Shown here: positions 62,481 through 64,000 of the stretch, one piece after another | Layout: every line of letters starts with the position of its first letter | Numbering within the stretch: position 1 is the first letter of the stretch | IMG/VR virus record: IMGVR_UViG_3300046531_000318 | Location: 28,867-92,866 of that record | Strand: one strand, 5' to 3' | DNA from: a virus | Taxonomy: Duplodnaviria > Caudoviricetes | Length of the DNA stretch: 64,000 nt | Notes under the pieces: model-generated | What the model was told of the DNA's origin: nothing | Databases searched by the model: none | Seen by the model: the letters and a program-made list of their open reading frames with translations, nothing else | Translations under genes and position numbers: made by a program

Positions 62481-62900
62481 TCACGGTCGGTTGTCTGCAC
62501 CACAGTTCCGGCAGTCCCATGAATATCTTTCCGAATCGCTTACAAATCGCCCGCAGCCGCAACAGTTGAAGGTGTAAGCCCGTGGCTTGCGCGGCTTGAT
62601 AAGCGTGATTCCGGTGTCGCGCAGCGCCTCGTCGCGTTTGATGTACTGCACGTCGACGGCCGGCCGCGTCTTGGCGTCGATGTAATCCTTCGGCCACGGG
62701 ATGTCCGTCTCGCGAGCGTTGTGGTGCTGCTGGGCGTCCTCCCGGCTGAACAGACGCGCCTTGCTTAGGTCGGTCGTGTAGCCGTCGGGCGCGGCCCACC
62801 ACAGCACGTCGTTGCCGACGTAGCTGCGGCTGTCCTGCAGGTAGAAACGATCGTTCGAATCGTGAGTTTGCGAAATTGCGCAAGTTTGCAATTCGGCCAT
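62481..62900 (-). CDS. Hypothetical phage protein with C-terminal zinc ribbon
   Basis: YLQDSR.YVGN...WW....GYT.DL.KA, DIPWP..YID, C.GCGRF..C.NCG. Confidence 0.7.
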   Translation of the reverse strand: MAELQTCAISQTHDSNDRFYLQDSRSYVGNDVLWWAAPDGYTTDLSKARLFSREDAQQHHNARETDIPWPKDYIDAKTRPAVDVQYIKRDEALRDTGITLIKPRKPRAYTFNCCGCGRFVSDSERYSWDCRNCGADNRP

Positions 62901-62901
62901 G

Positions 62902-63156
62902 TCAGTAGTCTCGGGTCTTGAGCAGCACGTCGACGGAAAGCACACACAGGTCGTCGGGCAGTCCGTAGCCGCGTTGGATGTGCGTCACGCGCTCGAAGAT
63001 CACGCGACCCGTCTCGATGCTGTCCCGTCGCTCGACCAGCTTTAGCGTGTCGTCCACTGCGTAGCCGCGGTCGTCCTTGCGGACCTCGGCGCGTTTCTTT
63101 CCGTCCCAAGTGTCGGAGAAGGGCTGATGGTCGCATTTGAGTACGTGCACGGTCAT
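62902..63156 (-). CDS. DUF3850 (ASCH/PUA-like) protein
   Basis: H.LK....F.....G.K..E.R..DR.Y.V.D.L.L.E; GGAGG RBS. Confidence 0.8.
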   Translation of the reverse strand: MTVHVLKCDHQPFSDTWDGKKRAEVRKDDRGYAVDDTLKLVERRDSIETGRVIFERVTHIQRGYGLPDDLCVLSVDVLLKTRDY

Positions 63157-63548
63157 TGGGCGGTGCCTCCTTTGAGAAGGGCGGCCGGCCCGGCGGGCGC
63201 GCACATGTAGGCGGTGACGGACGCGGTGATGTTTTGATGCTCGGTGTGCCATCCGTCGTGATACGTGAACGCCTTCGGCATGCTGGTGAACGCGTCGAAT
63301 TCGACCATGATCGGGGCAGTGCTGCGGATCTCCCACTCGTTATCTGGCTCGAGCATCACCAGGTAATCGCCGGGCTCCGTGGGCATGCCTTGGCCGATCA
63401 GGGTCCACATCATCGCCGGCTTCGTCTGCGCTTCGAGTTCGGCTATGCGGGCGGCTTGCTGATCGATGAGGTCGGCAGCTTCTTTGCGGTCTGCGTACGT
63501 CATGTACCCCTCAAGTCGAAGCAGCTTAACCAGTTCATCTTTGCTCAT
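63153..63548 (-). CDS. Hypothetical phage protein (DUF551-like C-terminus)
   Basis: EAADLI..Q..RIAELE, W.....P...G.YLV; GGAG RBS. Confidence 0.65.
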   Translation of the reverse strand: MSKDELVKLLRLEGYMTYADRKEAADLIDQQAARIAELEAQTKPAMMWTLIGQGMPTEPGDYLVMLEPDNEWEIRSTAPIMVEFDAFTSMPKAFTYHDGWHTEHQNITASVTAYMCAPAGPAALLKGGTAQ

Positions 63549-64000
63549 TTCGTCTCTCCGCTTGCTGATTGAGCGGCGGTCAGGGCGCACTGCACTGCTG
63601 CCACGAATTCAACTTTGGTGGGCGGAACGCCGACGCACTTCAAGGACAGATACGATTCATCGCTCGTCTCGATGTTTTGCCGCATCAGCACGTCGAACAG
63701 ATCGATCAGGCGCGCATCATCCGTGAGCGCTGTCTGTGCTGGCGGGGCGGGCACCAACGATGCGATGCGGTAATCTCGCTCCATGCGCGTTTTGAGTGCG
63801 CCTATGGCTTCAGTCGAACCGTAGACGATCGCGTGCTGCATCGAATCCACTGGCATAAATTCCAGCTTCGCCTCCGCACCCTGCGCCACATTGGCGGAAG
63901 TTGATGCGGCGCGGGCACGTTCTGGCACGGTGTGGTCACACCCTTCGACGCCATTGCAGATCGGGCACGGCAGGTTAGTCTCTTTATCTCGACTGTTCGC
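63545..64000 (-). CDS. Hypothetical phage protein, 5' end outside window
   Basis: Frame is open to the window edge (..PCPICNGVEGCDHTVPER..). Confidence 0.55.
   Translation of the reverse strand, partial: ANSRDKETNLPCPICNGVEGCDHTVPERARAASTSANVAQGAEAKLEFMPVDSMQHAIVYGSTEAIGALKTRMERDYRIASLVPAPPAQTALTDDARLIDLFDVLMRQNIETSDESYLSLKCVGVPPTKVEFVAAVQCALTAAQSASGETK

Larger units (their letters stand above)
1..64000. mobile_element. Temperate myovirus phage-plasmid (partial genome; continues beyond both window ends)
   Basis: Head, tail, baseplate and lysis modules, a cI/cro switch, and a Rep_3 initiator with iterons and ParA. No integrase or host housekeeping context in the window. Confidence 0.92.

Overview
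The whole 64-kb window is part of a large, GC-rich temperate myovirus that also carries a plasmid replicon, i.e. a phage-plasmid. The host is probably a betaproteobacterium of the Burkholderia/Paraburkholderia type, inferred from GC content, codon style and Rz/Rz1 spanins. Left to right: (1) an unusual two-ATPase-domain large terminase; (2) a 9-kb leftward early/accessory operon with RtcB and a PRS-like + NAMPT-like pair (NARP1 NAD+-reconstitution architecture) split by a free-standing GIY-YIG homing endonuclease; (3) head genes whose capsid N-terminus resembles SPO1/Twort-type capsids, a contractile tail, baseplate, two fibre/chaperone pairs and two minus-strand morons; (4) a lysis cassette; (5) Rep_3 initiator, iteron origin and ParA/RHH partition module; (6) SSB, SbcC-like ATPase, RecT and a PD-(D/E)XK nuclease; (7) a cI/cro switch whose CI lacks the autocleavage residues, an O-like initiator with its own origin, an antirepressor and HU; (8) a ~1.5-kb non-coding RNA operon; (9) the end of another leftward operon. 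Two cis-regulatory codes are visible by eye: a 13-copy late promoter, KTCGTGA(C/T)NN-SANNNT, that makes several genes leaderless, and a 21-bp operator, WWTCTGC-N7-GCAGAWW, at the early promoters. The best candidate for an undescribed system is the RNA operon. Besides tRNA-fMet, tRNA-Gly and an anticodon-less tRNA mimic, it holds four repeat units, each with a T-arm-like hairpin plus a conserved, co-varying ~20-bp stem around unique cargo. This looks like a processed polycistronic small-RNA array. All product calls come from motif recognition by eye; no database searches or folding were run.
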